The notes beneath the pieces were generated by a model that worked only from the letters and a program-made list of their open reading frames with translations, was not told the DNA's origin and did no database searches. The position numbers and the translations under genes were made by a program. A stretch of DNA of 64,000 bases from Bilabrum cf. latius. Its lineage: Eukaryota. Numbering within the stretch: position 1 is the stretch's first letter; every line of letters starts with the position of its first letter. Below, one piece after another: positions 34,552-48,400 of this stretch. Where the stretch lies: the NCBI GenBank assembly GCA_965178125.1, contig OZ237753.1, forward strand, positions 434,001-498,000, given 5' to 3'.

Positions 34552-37424
34552 ATGGGCTGCGGGGCATCAACCCTGCCCCAGCACGGCGTGAGAGCCGTGA
34601 CATTCCGCGGGTGCTACACACTCGCTAGATATCCCTTTGACATTTGAATAATGTGGTTGTCTACCATAATGCCCATTCTTTTGCACGCGCGAGAGGACTG
34701 CGCGTGCATTCGCAAACCACGGGCTGCGCGTGCCACAGCTCAAGCGGGGTCCATTACACTGCTCAGTTCCACCCATCGCAGGGAGATACCACGGGACCCT
34801 CATTCAGTGACATCGATGAAGATGGGATGAGCAGATCGTTTGAGGAGTACGTTGCCGAAATCAACAGAAAGAACCCAGGACCTCAGGCTGCAGGCCGCGA
34901 GATCGAAGCAGGCCAGATCCAAACGGACTAGCTGGCCAACCTGATGGGCCGGCCAATTCGAGCTCTGCGACAAAAGCACGTGCAGCTCTGGATAGTGTGC
35001 GCACGTAGAAGTCGGAATGCCAGGATTTTCTTTGCTAGCGGTCCTATGGAGGCCGTGGCAATCGAGCAGTGGCTGAGCAAGCTAAACGAGGACATGCTAT
35101 CTGCAAACGCAAACGACAAGCTTTGCCGGGAGCGCGCCGATTCGGAAGACGCACTTGGGAGTATTAGGGTGGAACCTTTCTTATCGGGATCCACATTCCT
35201 GTCGTCGCCACGATTCCTGCAAGTTTGTGTCGGAGCTAGGCCGCTGCAGCCACCGACGCCTCAGTAGCCCGATCAAATTCCTGCCAGTGTGGTCAAATGC
35301 TTAACAAAGCACAAGATCTGTGTCGGGTAGGATGAGCATAGATTCGCTGTAGCGCCGGTGGTGCCAGCGAAGTACGCGGCTGCTGCCATGGTGGAATGCA
35401 CCGGCAACAACGCAGTCGATCAGCCCTCGGTAACGATAGCATCAGAGCTACCATCAGCAAAATGCGAGCCGAGACACAGGGAGCTACCTGAATCTCCATT
35501 AAGATCGAACTTGAGACGGCAAGAGGACGACATACGCCGCACAACGAGCGCGCCCCCGCAGCTCGCGACAAAGCCCCGCAGCATTCAAGAAACCGATGCC
35601 AACGGGGTCGGTCCCGGTGAAGCATTCCTGCCAAATAACACTACACCGTCACCCAGCGGAAACCCAGGATCAGATGCACGATCGCACGATGGTATCGCAC
35701 AGCCAATCCGCAGCAAGCGCCTGGGCACGGAAGGCTCCAAGCTGTCGGTGGTCCAAGAAGCTACCATGGAAGACGGAAGCTTGATATCCACTGACAATGA
35801 CAACTGTTCTGAGGATGATTCAAGAGGCGCTCAACTTGGCAATACGGATGAGGCTTGGTCGAACAACAATTTTAAGGATCGACGAGGTCGCAACCCGGAG
35901 CCACACTGTCAGCGCATCGATGGTCGCATCGTCGACTCGGCTGCCAGCAGCTTGGCCCCAACGATCGGTACAATCGGCCGAGACGGCAAATTTGTGGTCG
36001 CATCGGGACCCCCGTTGATAAAACCTGCTCCCAGTCGCTGTGATCGTGGCAATGCAGCGCGATCGTCCGGCCAACGAGTGTCGGAGTGGATGCCAGAGCA
36101 CCTGTCTGCTCAAGAGTTTGACCCAAGCAGACAGGATGGGCTCCCTGTTGTGGCCATCGCAAGGCGCTTCACGTGTGCGAGCAACATATTGAGCCCTATT
36201 GGTCAGGGCTTCCAGCAGGAAGGCACAAGCAGCGGCGTGCCCGCTGGTCACACCAGCGCGGTGTTCAGATCCGAGACATAGACTGAGTTCGGGAGTTCAG
36301 CAAACGCCTATGGAAGCAGTCTGACCAGTTGCAAGGCCTTTGAGCATGTGAAAAGCCAGACTACTACCAGGAGGTTCTTCGAGACCGCATCTCAATCAGC
36401 GGGCGCCGTCAGGGCTCGCTCCCGAGCAACTGCTCGCCGAGCACGATCAGCGAGCCTCGATTTTTCGCCCAGTTCCCTGGCGCACCGAAGGCCGGGCAAG
36501 TCCAGGAGCGCAACGAGGAAAGTGCGGGTCGGAAGGCACCTCGAACGTAGACATGATTTTGCGACCAGGGAAGCAGCGGCGGCACTCGAACGAGATTCTA
36601 GGAGTGGTGCTGGTGGCGCATCTGCCTTGGCCGAGCACACAGGAGGCAGCAGGACAACCAGCCACAGCCGGCATGGAGAAGGCACATCCGGTGCATCTCA
36701 CTACCGACAGGACCACTCGGTATCGGCACCGCGTGCCTTTGGAACCGAAGGGACCGAAACCGAAAGGACGTCGTCGGGCGCGGCGAGCAGTGCGGGACAG
36801 CTTCAAATCGAGTTGTCTGGCAGGCGGAGGATGCACAGGCCAGTACGATTGAAACCACACCGGCACCGGCACCGGCACCGGCACCACAGTCCGCCCCGCC
36901 GAAGGGAACGTTCGGTGCACGAAGTTGGGTTCGCCAGTCCCAAGCATGGAAGCAGCTCCTCCGATGCAGGCAGCACCGCGACTTCCTCCTCGTCCACAAC
37001 GAGCGGGTTCCATTTCGGTGCGACCAATTTTGAGGCATCTGCCATGTCTGGCAGGGGAGAGCAGTTCGACCGATTTGTCCCAGTGGAGCTGATCTTGCCC
37101 GCGGATGGATTGGAGCAACACAAGGGTGCCGAGCAGGCGAGCGACCGAGCAAGTTCTTCTTCAGCTGGGACGCCAAGCAGGAGCGGTGGTTCATCGCCCA
37201 GCAGGAGAGCCGCCTGGCCCGAAGATGGGCACCAGGAATAGGAGGTGGAGGCGGAGAGTCCTCAAGATGATGGGTTTGATTTGTTGCTGAACCCGCTGTT
37301 CCTGATTAGGACGGAGGGCCCCGTGTGGGGGGCTCTCATGAGGCGAGCAGGATTCGTGCACGGGCTGAGGAAGCTGCTCGGGCTGCGGCAGCTGGCTGTT
37401 GTGAGGCTGGGTATGGTTAACTGA
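34552..37424 (+). CDS. Unrecognised family paralogue 2 (MGCGAS start; intron ~34588-34781)
   Basis: Same architecture and motifs as paralogue 1. The frame is continuous through TAGs and ends in TGA at 37422-24. Confidence 0.7.
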
Positions 37425-37738
37425 GGGAATTACAAGCGCTATGTGCATAACCTCATCAAATTTGTGTTACGTGGTGAGGATTTGGAGAGTCTAAGTCAAG
37501 ACCTAGACCAGGTCCTTCTTTGCGGAGCCAAGCGACCGCGCATGCGGTCGCAAAGAGCGCGGCGCCAAGGAAAGTGGTGCTGGCGTACTTCCTTAGCCGA
37601 AATCCTCCGCCAACTGACGGAAAATCCACGGCCAACTACAAAAGAAGGGCTAGTATACATGTACAGTTAGGCAGAAGTATGGTAATTCTTCATTGAAGCA
37701 TCCAGAGTACCTGCTGAGCTACCGGACCAGCAGCTAAG

Positions 37739-40700
37739 ATGGGCTGCTGTCATTCCGCTGCCGTCCATGCTGTCCTCGTGAGCTCATCGGTTTTATGTTC
37801 CTGTCATATACCCTCTTCATGCTATTGTATTCTCCGTCGAGCGAGCGTCCCGTTGCTATCGCTCCAGTGTTGCATTTCTAAGTTGCTCCATCACACTCGC
37901 GTTGTCGTTTTCGCTGGTCGCAGCCGCGACACATGCTAGAGCAAAGGCGGTAGCAGCACTTGCCTTCATCAGATACATATGCATCTGGCTTTGCTAGGGG
38001 GAAAGCAACCGACCATGGCCAGCAGGCACTGCAAACCAGGCGGGTATCTGCGCAGGACAGGCAAGGCCAGCGTCGCTCTAATTCAAGCCAACTTTGGGTG
38101 TTGGCGGCTCACAGAACGAAGGGAGCCGGTATATTCTTTGCTTGTGGGGCTCTGGAAGCGCTGGCGGCGCAGCATTGGTTCCGGGGACTGCACGAGCGAC
38201 TAGCCGGCCAGTCGATGGCAGGCATTCACGCCACGCCAAGGGTCATTTCGTTCCAGCACTCGGCTGTTCAAGGCGCGTTTTAGCAGCACGTATGTGTGTC
38301 TACGTAGCAAGTTCCATTGATTGATGAGAGTGCCGCGGATAGCTCTTTCGCGCACGGTCGCACCGTGACGCTTGCTCGGTTACCGCCGAGCATAGTCGAC
38401 ATCCTCCGAGACAGGGGCATCAGCAGCAAGAGATCACGCACCGTGCTGCAGGTCACCGCTGGCGCAGCCGGACAGAACGCGTCGCAATCGCACGCTGATT
38501 CCGTGCAGGGCCTCGCCAACCGCGCCTTCCCCCGCCGCCTCCCCCGCACTCACAGCGAGACGCTACCAGGCGGCGGACTCGCCCGCACAATGGGGCTCCT
38601 CCTCCCGCACAACTTGGTCCGGGAGAATTCCGGCTCCGAATCTGTGTCGTCGGCGGGCAGCGTCGGCAGCGCTCGGAGCCTGCCCAGGCATCGGCAGGTG
38701 GACAACTACCAGCTCAAGTCGAGCTTCAGGGGGGCAGGCAGGGGGCCCCAGGGAACAACGAGGCAGAGGAGCGCGAGCGTCCCCTCGCGACGTGCCATGG
38801 GCATGCAGCCAGTAGGACAGGCCCCTGCTCACGGAAGCAGAGGGGAGCACGGGGCGGGCACGGGCGCCGGCATCCTCTTGCCTGCTGCTGCTGCGGACCA
38901 CGGGGCGGGCACGGAGGGTGCATCGCACGGCAGCGTGCCGGCCCCCCGGGTCTTCGGCAATCTGCATGGCCACGCCATCCGCAGCTACCGCCTGAAGGGC
39001 CGTCGGCTGAAGCAGGGCATCCCCAGGGGTATCCCCTAGCTGTCCATGGTACGGGAGGCCACGGTGGAGGACGCGAGTGCCAGGTCATCCGAGATGTCCT
39101 CCTCCAGGAGTTCCAGGAGACACGCGCTGATGGGGAGCGTGCTGGCTGGAGACAGGCGCAGCCACAGCGGTGGCATGGCTCCCATGCAGCTGGCAGGAGG
39201 AGGGGGGACTGCAGCTGCAGTTGCTAGCACCAGCCCCATCGTTGGTGGCGTTGGTAAGCAAGCCGGCATGTTGCCCGGGCGGCCGTCCAATGGCGAAGGG
39301 GCTAGTGGGAGCGCGGGCGGCAGCAACGATGACATCATGTTTAACACGCTGGCGACGCACGCTGCCAACCTGGCTGCCAATGAGGTGGCTGAGTCACCAG
39401 CCAGTGATGGGACCGAACTGCCACAGGACCAGAAGCACGGGTCGACCACGATCGCAGCAGGAGACACAGCATCAGAAATCGTGCCGTCGGGCGTGCCTTT
39501 AGCCCCTGCTCCAGGCATTCGATCCGCGCTGCCTCCGTTGCAGCCTGGCGGTACACGAGGCAGCTCTGGAAGGAGCCGCCTGCTGCAGGCACTTGCTGAC
39601 GGAGATCGGGGCGGTGGTGCGCCTGCGCATGGAATGGGGAAATACCATGCGACAGATCAGCCAGCAGCGGGTGAATTGCACGGTGGCAGGGGAACGTCTC
39701 GTCTGCAGCTTGGGCCAGGCGCATCGACCGGTCAGCTATACGGCGCTGGTGCTGCTGCGGGAGGGGGCGCCAGCGCCGGTGGTGACAGTGCTGCGAGCAG
39801 CACAGGGAAGGAGAGAGAGGGGGCGGGTCGCGCGCCTAGCGGCAGCAATCCCGCGACTAGGAGCCAAGGCAGCAAGGGGACCGTGTCCACCGGTGGATCC
39901 AAGGGAACTGGATCGTTTAGTAGGACCAGTGACTAGATCTAGTCCACTGACGGCGGCGTGCTGCCACACGGAAGAAGGAACGGCAATAAGGCCTAGGGCC
40001 CGAGTCGGGATACGGGCCAGCTCAGCAGGCAGCAGTTGTACTCTCTACCGGTGATTAGCGTGGGCAAAGACGTGGTGGAAGGAACTGCGTCGCAGCTCGG
40101 AGCGGCGAGGATTGCCCTGCACGCCGCCTCTTCTCATCTGACGCAGTCGCTGTCTGCGGGCAAGATCGGCGGCTCGGGTGAGTCTCCCGTGACCCGTAGC
40201 GCGGGCAGTAGCAAGGGTGCTCCTGGTTCTGGACCCCTCCGGTCTGTCGAAAGCTCCAACAGAGTTACGTCGATCAGCCGGTCCGAGGGTCCGTCGGCGC
40301 TGCAATCCATCGGTGGACTCGGCGACGACCGCTCAGGCGTGGCGATCACCGGCTAGGGCACCCATGGCCTGACCTCGTTCAGCACAACTGCCACTGGGAT
40401 TATGCTTCGCGCGCACGCTCCCACAATGCCCGCCCCGCGTGCTCATGGCCCGGACCCCGGCACATCCTAGACACAAGCGCAGGTTCCATCATCCAGGGCA
40501 CAAGTGGCTGGTGCAGCGGACACACCACCGGTCGGCATGCCGCAGGCTGCCAGTGGTGATGAGAGGGTCCAGCATGCTCGGTAGAAGGACAAGTCCGGCT
40601 GGAAACAGGCTCGCGAAGGTAGCGGCGGCAGCGATAGCAAGGCGAATCGACTCAGCAGCAATTCCATTCGAGACCGAAGTGGTAGTTGGAGCGGCAATGC

Positions 40701-41343
40701 TCGGCTGTCCGCGAGGGTCACGCTGCGGGAGCACGCGAGCAACCGGGGAGGAAAGAAACAAGGGCGCGAGAACTTGCTGTCCAGCGGGTCCTCTGCAACA
40801 AAGCAAACTTTAAGGATACAGGGATCATCGCTGTCCAAGTTCGGAGGCGAAGGGGAGGAGCATGAGCGCATCGGCGCAACAGGTCTTCCCGGTGGCCTGC
40901 AAGCTGGACGGGGACTTGATCGCGTAAATGCCGGGCAGCTGGCAGCGCTGGGAGGGCCCAATGTAGAGGTGGCTGGCTCGAACCGGATGCCAGGTATTGC
41001 TACCGCGGAATTGCTTCGGGGAATGGCGCATTTCGTGCCGACCGAGCTTTGCTTGCCGCCTGGCGGCGCACGGCGGGTGATGGCTGAGCGGGGTGCTTCC
41101 CAGCAACCCGGTGGTAGAAAAGCATCGCAATCCAATCAATCCAACAGAGGTTCTGATGAAGAGGCAACACTGGATATGATGCTAAATCCCTTGTTTCTCG
41201 TGAGAACGGAGGGCCGGATTTGGGCTGGTCTGCTCCGCCGCTCTGGGTTCACAGAGACGCTAAGCAAGGTACTCGGGCTAAAGCAGCTGGTTGTGGTAAG
41301 GCTGGAGCCGAGAAGTATGTTGGAACACGACTTGATTGACTGA
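37739..41343 (+). CDS. Unrecognised family paralogue 3 (MGCCHS start; intron 37778-37923)
   Basis: Motifs QLWVLAAHR..FFACGALEA, FVPTELCLP and LNPLFLVRTEG..LSKVLGLKQLVVVRL are present. The frame is continuous through TAGs and ends in TGA. Confidence 0.7.
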
Positions 41344-41630
41344 AATTGTCGTCATTGGCATTTATCATTTTGGTTGCTAAGCTACGGCGAAGGGTCGGCA
41401 ATGACAGGATTTGCTCGGCTTTGCGGGCAACCACTTGCAGCCGACACGGCCTCAAGTTGGTGTGACACGCACGTTGGCACACTTCGCGAATAAAGTTATC
41501 GTGAATCTAGCTGCTTCACTCTGCATTTTCGGGTTCAGGTCATTGTGCGACCGGCAAGGTGGCGGACAGGTCGCGAGTAGCAGGCAACAAAAATCGGCCC
41601 TGGGAACTTATAATTGGGTGCGCTGGTGCT

Positions 41631-43536
41631 ATGGGCTGCGGAAGCTCCTCTCGCGTCCATTCAGCGAACTCAGGGGGGATTCTTTCGTCAAATTAGCTTA
41701 GAGTGAGTCAAAACTACATCTAGGGAGCGCGTCGGCCTCTGCTGCTGCGCTCCTAGAGGAGTCCCTTGGGAAAAGAGGCAGCGTCAGCGGTCGCACCACA
41801 TGACCACGTACTCACTATCGTGGACCAATTCGCCAAGCTGTCCGCAGGGTTGTATCACTTAGCACTTACAAAGGTTCGGTGCAGCACAAAAACCCATTGC
41901 CGACCTGAAGCGCGCCAGGGAAGCAGCCGGTTGCCAAGATCGGGTGGGCCGGGTGCTTTGCGAAGCTGCGCTCGGCCTAACATCACAGGCAAGACATCAG
42001 GAGACGAACTGGCTCATTGTATCCCATCGGTGTGCTCAATAGCGCCCATTTTTTGCGCCTAGTCGAGAAGAGGCTAAGCTGGTCGAGTCGTGGGCTGTCG
42101 ACGAGCACAGCAACATTTCATCATATAAGGCTGACGCAGGAGCACCGTCAGGGAGGAGTGCGGCCCAAAGTGGTGACCATCTTGGCCCTGCACAGAAGTA
42201 GAAGCAGCCTTCAGTCATGTTGGTCGTGCGCGGGAACGGGAACGGGATATAGTCAAAAGGCCAGAAGCCAGCCAAGGGCTCCTGCGATCGGACCAAATAC
42301 GACAACCTTCACCGAGCAGCTATGGCTCCGCATCAAGTTGGCTGTACTGCTAGTAGTGCCCGGTCTATACAAGGCCTTGGCACAGTCTCGTCTGCCGGTG
42401 ATCAGCGAGATCGAGACTATGCAAATACCGGGCCAGATCCTCGCAGCACTCGTTCATCCACTTCGAAGAGGTAGAAGGCTAAAGCAGCCGAATCGATTCA
42501 TGTCAAGGCATGCTCGAGAAAATAGGGTCCTGCATTATCAGCTTGGGTACGAACCCCAAGCAAACCAGCAGGTCCGACGAGTCAATTGTAGGGGTTTTCT
42601 AGTGAAAAATGCGTCTAGTCTGCAACTGCGCAGGAACGAAGTGATACTACACTTTGCAGCATGACTGGGGGCTCGGCAATCTTTAACAGATCAGCGGCCA
42701 GTGCTAATGGGCGAAGTTCCGTCAGCAGCTCCAGCAGACCGGAAGAACCGCCGGCAGCGGGTCCCGCCGGTATGGACGAAGACGTTGATTACGGCCAGGC
42801 AATTGCAAGTTCTAGTCCCGGAAACTGCGCATGCTCAGCCTACTGCTTCTCAATAGTCGATATGGGGCGCAGATGCGTCGTGTTGAGGCCGTGCTCTGCA
42901 TCTTCTGGGTGTCGCGCGGGCTCAACTGAAGGCTATGATTCCGGTTAGGATCTTAACTAGAACCAGCCGTGTTAGGTCCCACGAGTGTGTTCACCGTGCG
43001 GCGGCATCATATCGATGGGAAGCTCGGGTTGCAAGGAAGCAGCAGATGCTCCAGCTGGCGACCCAGATCAAACCACCGAAGTGAAGGTCTCGGCAGCCGA
43101 GACGAGCGAAGATCCGGATACACCGGTGCCGGTGCCGGGAAAAGGCATCGGAGGCATCCACAAGCACATTCGCGCGTCATGCGGCGGCTAGCGTGGGTCT
43201 ACACCGAAAGGCAGCACGGACCGCGCATGTCGCCAACGCGAAGGCAGTCAGCCTGAGGACCGAGCTTCGGCCGAGCACTTGCTCGCAGAAGTGCTCGTTC
43301 CGACCAGCGAACATTTGCCAAGCGCCAGCAGCGACAACGATCATTCCACCTTTATCATGACCCCATTGTTCCTTCTGAGGACGCACGGGCCTGAGTGGCT
43401 TGCTCACGTTAGGAGCGACAGCTTCTTGCAGGACCTGAGGAAGTTGCTCGGCCTTCGGCAGCTGGCCGTAGTGCGACTGGAGCCAAAGCAGTCGGAGCCC
43501 GGTAGTGTGCAGCGCCCATCTAGCGTCGCAATGTGA
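41631..43536 (+). CDS. Unrecognised family paralogue 4 (MGCGSS start; intron 41703-41847)
   Basis: Motifs NWLIVSHR..FFAPSREEA, LVPTSEHLP and MTPLFLLRTHG..LRKLLGLRQLAVVRL are present, with many in-frame TAGs. Ends in TGA. Confidence 0.65.
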
Positions 43537-43810
43537 GTGCAATGAACGCTGGGCCCTGGCAGACGCGAGATGGGCTGTGGTTGGCTGTTGTGTCCCTGCG
43601 TCCCATTGCGCGTTAGTCCCCACGCTCTGCTTTGATAATCCCATGGTATCACTAGCAATGCATCTTTCCCGTCCACTTGCGTGTACCTTGCGACCCCCTT
43701 GCGAACTCCTTTGTATCATCATCTTTCATATTTCGTTCACACTGATCACACTCTGCCAACTGGCAGAATTCCAGCACCTCAGACGAATAGGGCTGCAGCT
43801 AGAACCGTAC

Positions 43811-45262
43811 ATGTCTGCAGCATTGCATGATCTACCCGACGGTCGACTGCGTCGCTAGCGCGCGGACGGGGCGATACGATTCAGGACCAGCTTTCATAAC
43901 ACCGTTTTCGATGTTATGAAGTCACGGGGCTGGAAGGAAACGGACAGCGATACTGAGTTTGACCTGCATTGGGCAGACAGAGATTGGACCTATGGAGTAA
44001 TGGATTCGATGCACCTTGACTCCTGGCAGCGCTTGAATCACTTTCGCAATGGAAGGGAGCTTTGCCGGAAGGATTTGCTGATCAAGAACGTCAAGAGGAA
44101 GAGGAGACAGCTTGACAAGGAAGGCAAGTGAGTACTTATGCCGCATTTTTCGCGTGTATCCTGCCCTTGCGCAGTGGAATTGCGACAGTTGTACCCATGC
44201 CGTGTGGTGCACCGCAGGTCTACCGACGCCGGAAAGTTTGATTTTTGTCCCGTCACGTACGTCCTTCCGGGCGACTACGCCCTGTTTGTGGAAGAATTTA
44301 AGAGATAGAGCGGCAGCGGTGCCGTGTGGATCATGAAACCGATCGGAAAGGCGCAGGGCAAGGGCATTTTCCTATTCCACAAGCTGTCCCAGATCAGCCA
44401 ATGGAAGAGCGAGCACAGGTGGAAGCCAGACAACCCGTCCGTGGAGTCATATGTGGTGCAGCGATACGTGAACAACCCGTACGTGGTCGGGAGCAAGAAA
44501 TTCGACCTTCGGCTGTACGTGCTCGTGACCTCCTTCTCGCCCTTGCAAGCGTGGATGTACAGGAGTGGGTTCGCGAGGTTCTCTGCGTCCAGATATTCGA
44601 ATGCGCCGTCCGATATCATGAATACTTTCGTGCATCTCACGAACGTCGCGGTGCAGAAATCGAACAGCCAGTACAACGCGGAGACAGGCGGCAAGTGGGA
44701 TCTGAGAAAGCTGAAACTGCACCTTATCGCCAAGCACGGCAAGGCAGCCACCGACAAGCTCTTCCTGGAGATGCAGGACATCTGCATCCGCTCCCTGCAG
44801 TCCGTGCAGAAGATCATGATCAACGACAAGCACTGCTTCGAGCTCTACGGCTACGACTTGCTCTTCGACGATGACCTCAGGCCCTGGCTGATAGAGGTGA
44901 ACGCGAGTCCTTCGCTGACCGCAAACACAAGGGACGACTACGACCTGAAGTTCAAGATGCTCTCCGACGTGCTGGACGTCACTGACGTGGAGGGGCGGAG
45001 GCGGGGCGATGAGACGACCGTGGGTGGCTTCGACCTGATCTGGGACGAGGACGGGCCGGTGCTGCCCAAACAGGACACGGAATACGCGTCGCTTCTGGGG
45101 GCAGACTTTGATAGGAGGTTGAACACATTCAAGCCTGGGGCGGGCAGGGGTGACAAGGGGGCTGCGACTGGCGGTGCGGCCTCTGCGGGGGGTAGCGGGG
45201 CAGGGGCGGCGTCCGGCGCTGGGGCCGGAAAGAAGAAAGGAAAAGCCAAGCCATTCCGCTGA
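43811..45262 (+). CDS. TTLL9: Tubulin polyglutamylase TTLL9-like; intron 44128-44217
   Basis: Motifs IRFRTSFHNTVFDVM, HFRNGRELCRKD, FVEEFKR*..WIMKP, KFDLRLYVLV, HLTNVAVQK, FELYGYD and EVNASPS are present. It has a 90-nt GTGAGT..CAG intron, two in-frame TAGs and ends in TGA. Confidence 0.88.
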
Positions 45263-45459
45263 GCTGGCTCTTGCGTCCTGTGTTTGCATGTTTTGCGTTT
45301 AACTATGGGAGTTGGTCGGCAACAGGGAGCCCCGCAGCACGTTGCACCTGGAGCTATTCTGGACGGCTTCATCCTATTCGGAGCCACAACCAAAATGACG
45401 GTTGAACAAGCATTTCGAGCGAAAGCTCGGCTTTCCCTTCAGGTTTGTGACACACCAGC

Positions 45460-48400
45460 ATGGAATCCTTGATTTTAAACAATTCAGTTGCATGGGAGGA
45501 CAAGAATGAGCAACTGAGAGCCATGTTTCGGGCTCGATAGCGCGATGTTACACAGATGCTGTCCCCGAAAACTCTGACGCGCATCAAGGCCCTCTTTGAT
45601 GAGTACGAGGAATAGGGTGGCATTAGACTACCTGCATTTTGCGAGCTGATGGAGCGTGTGCTCGGTGCTTTCGTGGCCAGCCGAGTCGATTTCTTCTGCT
45701 AGCTAGTCCAAGTGTTTCGCGAAATTGATGCAAACGATGATCTAACCCTGGAATGGAACGAGCTGACGACGCATGTGCTAGAGTTGGGGCGCTCTCTCAG
45801 TGTTGACGCGGCTCAGTACTTCGCGACTGCTTATCGATACAGCTTAGCCAGCGATGCCGATCGCAACGCGCACTCCAGCATCACAGAGGGCACTTTCTTG
45901 TGCGCCCCTGCCCGAGGACTCCTCCGAGATGTCCCGAGGGAGCTGCCTAGCGAGAGTGGCAATGCTGCGAGCGCTCTTTTTGGGCCGCAGTAGACGATCG
46001 CCGCCGGCGACGACACGGATCGCGGCTACCCGATGTCGAATCTCCTCCTGTGCTCATGGGAGGGCGGGAGCCCTAGGCTAAGGGTGTACCGGCCGACCTA
46101 CCGGCAGCAAATGGCGGGCCTTCAGGGCGCAGGTGCCATGATGCATGACACTGCATTTAAGCCTCATGAGGTGCTCGCGGCGTGCCACGCGCAGCTGGCG
46201 CACTGCTTCGTGACCTCGTCGCAGGAGGGCGCGGCCGGGCCTTTCTTCCTCTCGTTCTACGACGACCAGACACATGCACTGCTGAAGAGGGTCGAGACCA
46301 GGACGGCGGTTGTGTGCCTCACGTATGCGGAGAGCATGGGCCTAGTGTACGCTTGCGGCAAGGAGCCTAGGGCGATCCGGGGCTGGGACCCAGGGTCCTG
46401 CACCGTGAAGCAGAGGGTTCCGCAGGTCGGCGGCGCCGCCACATGCATGGCCGTGCTTCCCGGTCACGTGGACAAGACCCTGCTGACTGGCGGTACGGAC
46501 GGCTGCATTCACGTGTACGACCTTCGCACAGCCAAGGGGAGGGAGGGGCTGTCCTTGGCAGCCCACGAGATGGGGGTACTGCAGGTGAGGATCGCGAGGA
46601 GGCTGCGAGTGGCCGTGTCCATCGGCATGCCGGTGACCACGGAGCGAGCCTGTCCAAAGCAGTACAACACTGCGCTGGTGTGGGACCTGGACCAGTGGCT
46701 GGGGGCTGGGGAGCAGTTCGGGCTGAGCGACCTGGGTGGGGGGTCTGGATTCTCGCCAGGACCCGGCGCTGTGGAGGTGCCGGGCAGGGACGAGGACGAG
46801 GACAGCTTGTTCGTGCGGTCTGGCGGCAGGGATGACGACGAGGCAGTGGGTGGGCAGGGTGATAGAGGGGGTGCAGAAGAGGAGCACAGGCGCGAGCACG
46901 AGGGGCTAGAGATCGGGCGCACAGCCTCGGGTAGGCGGATCCGGCCTGGCGTGCTGCACGGACACGAATACGGTCTCGTCGCGGTCGCGATCCAGGACGA
47001 CGAGGGGGTCTTGCCCCACGTAGTGACTGCTGACTGCGGCGGGTTCGTTAGGGTCTGGCACCCCCGTCTGTGCAACTGCCTGCAGGTTTTCTCACCCGTG
47101 CTGCCTTCGAAGCGGCTGCCGCCTCCCGCCGCGTTGGGCGGTGTGCCTGCGGGGCCGGGTGGCGTCCCGCGGGCGATCTTCCTGCAGAAGCAAAGGATGG
47201 CCCGCAAGGCCGCCGAGAAGAAGAGGAGGAAGCAGATCGAGGACGTCGAGAATCCAGAGGCAGTCAAAGCGGCCACCTCGCAGGCTTATGGGAGTGCCAT
47301 GGCTCAGAGGCGGGCATGGCTCGAGGAACAAGAGGAGGACCAGCAGGCAGCAGGGGGTGCCAATGGAGGGTAGAGGCTAGCCAAGGTGCCGGTTCCCCGT
47401 GGGGGAGGAGCTTACCTTGCAGAGGGCGTGCTGGCGAGCAGCAGCATTGATGCACTGGATCCTGGCTCCAGCGCCACAGCGCTACAGCAGCTTGAGGCCG
47501 TGTCCAGAGGGTCCAATGGCAGGGCGGTCACACCTGGTACCTTTCGGAAGGGCGGCAGGCGATTTCAGCTGATCAAGCAGACGGGAGACCTCAAGGAGGA
47601 CAGCATCGACAGGTTTGCCCACTCCCAGGCCGTGACCATCGGTGCCATGGTGGCTGCTGGGATCCAGGTGGGTGGGGGTGATGAGGACGAGAGCGGCGAC
47701 ACAGAGAAAGGCGCCCGCACGGAAGTGGGTAACACTGAGATATCGCTGCGCATCCAGTCCCAAGCGGAGGCAGTCGGCCGAAGGATGAGCGTGTCCTAGT
47801 ATGCCTAGGCCATTGGGGCACTCAAGCAATCCGCTCAGAAAGACGAAGACGAGGCCAAGGGTATCAGCAGAGGCTCTGTGGATGAGGACGACCTGGACGG
47901 AGGCGACGAGGATTGGTGGGCGGATCCAACGCAGCTGGAGGACGACGAGATCGGGGGCGGCGCTGCTTAGATGGTGACGGCCTCGAGGGTAGGGGTGGGC
48001 GGACGCAGCAGCAGCAGCAGCAGCAGCAGTCGACGGCACGGCTCCACCGTGCAGCCAATGCAACGCAGAAGAAAGAATCCGCTCAGCAACGCGGGCATTT
48101 CGCACCGCAACCGGCAGCGCATGCTGAAGGCACTTCGGTGCCTCGAGTGCCTTCCGTGTGAGGTGGGCGGGCCGGAGCGCAGACCCACGCTGGCCCTGAT
48201 CGGTGATAGGGTTGCTGTGATGTCATTCCAGCAGGTCGTGCCTGAACTGGAGCCGGTGGTGGCATGCGTCTGGCTGTATCCCACCCTTTGCATTGCAACT
48301 GCGTGTCCATCCGCCGTCGTGGTGTGGGACGCTTTGGTTGGCCGTCCACTTCGAGTGGTGTCTGCAAGAAACCTGTGCTATCGTGGGGCGGACATCACGT

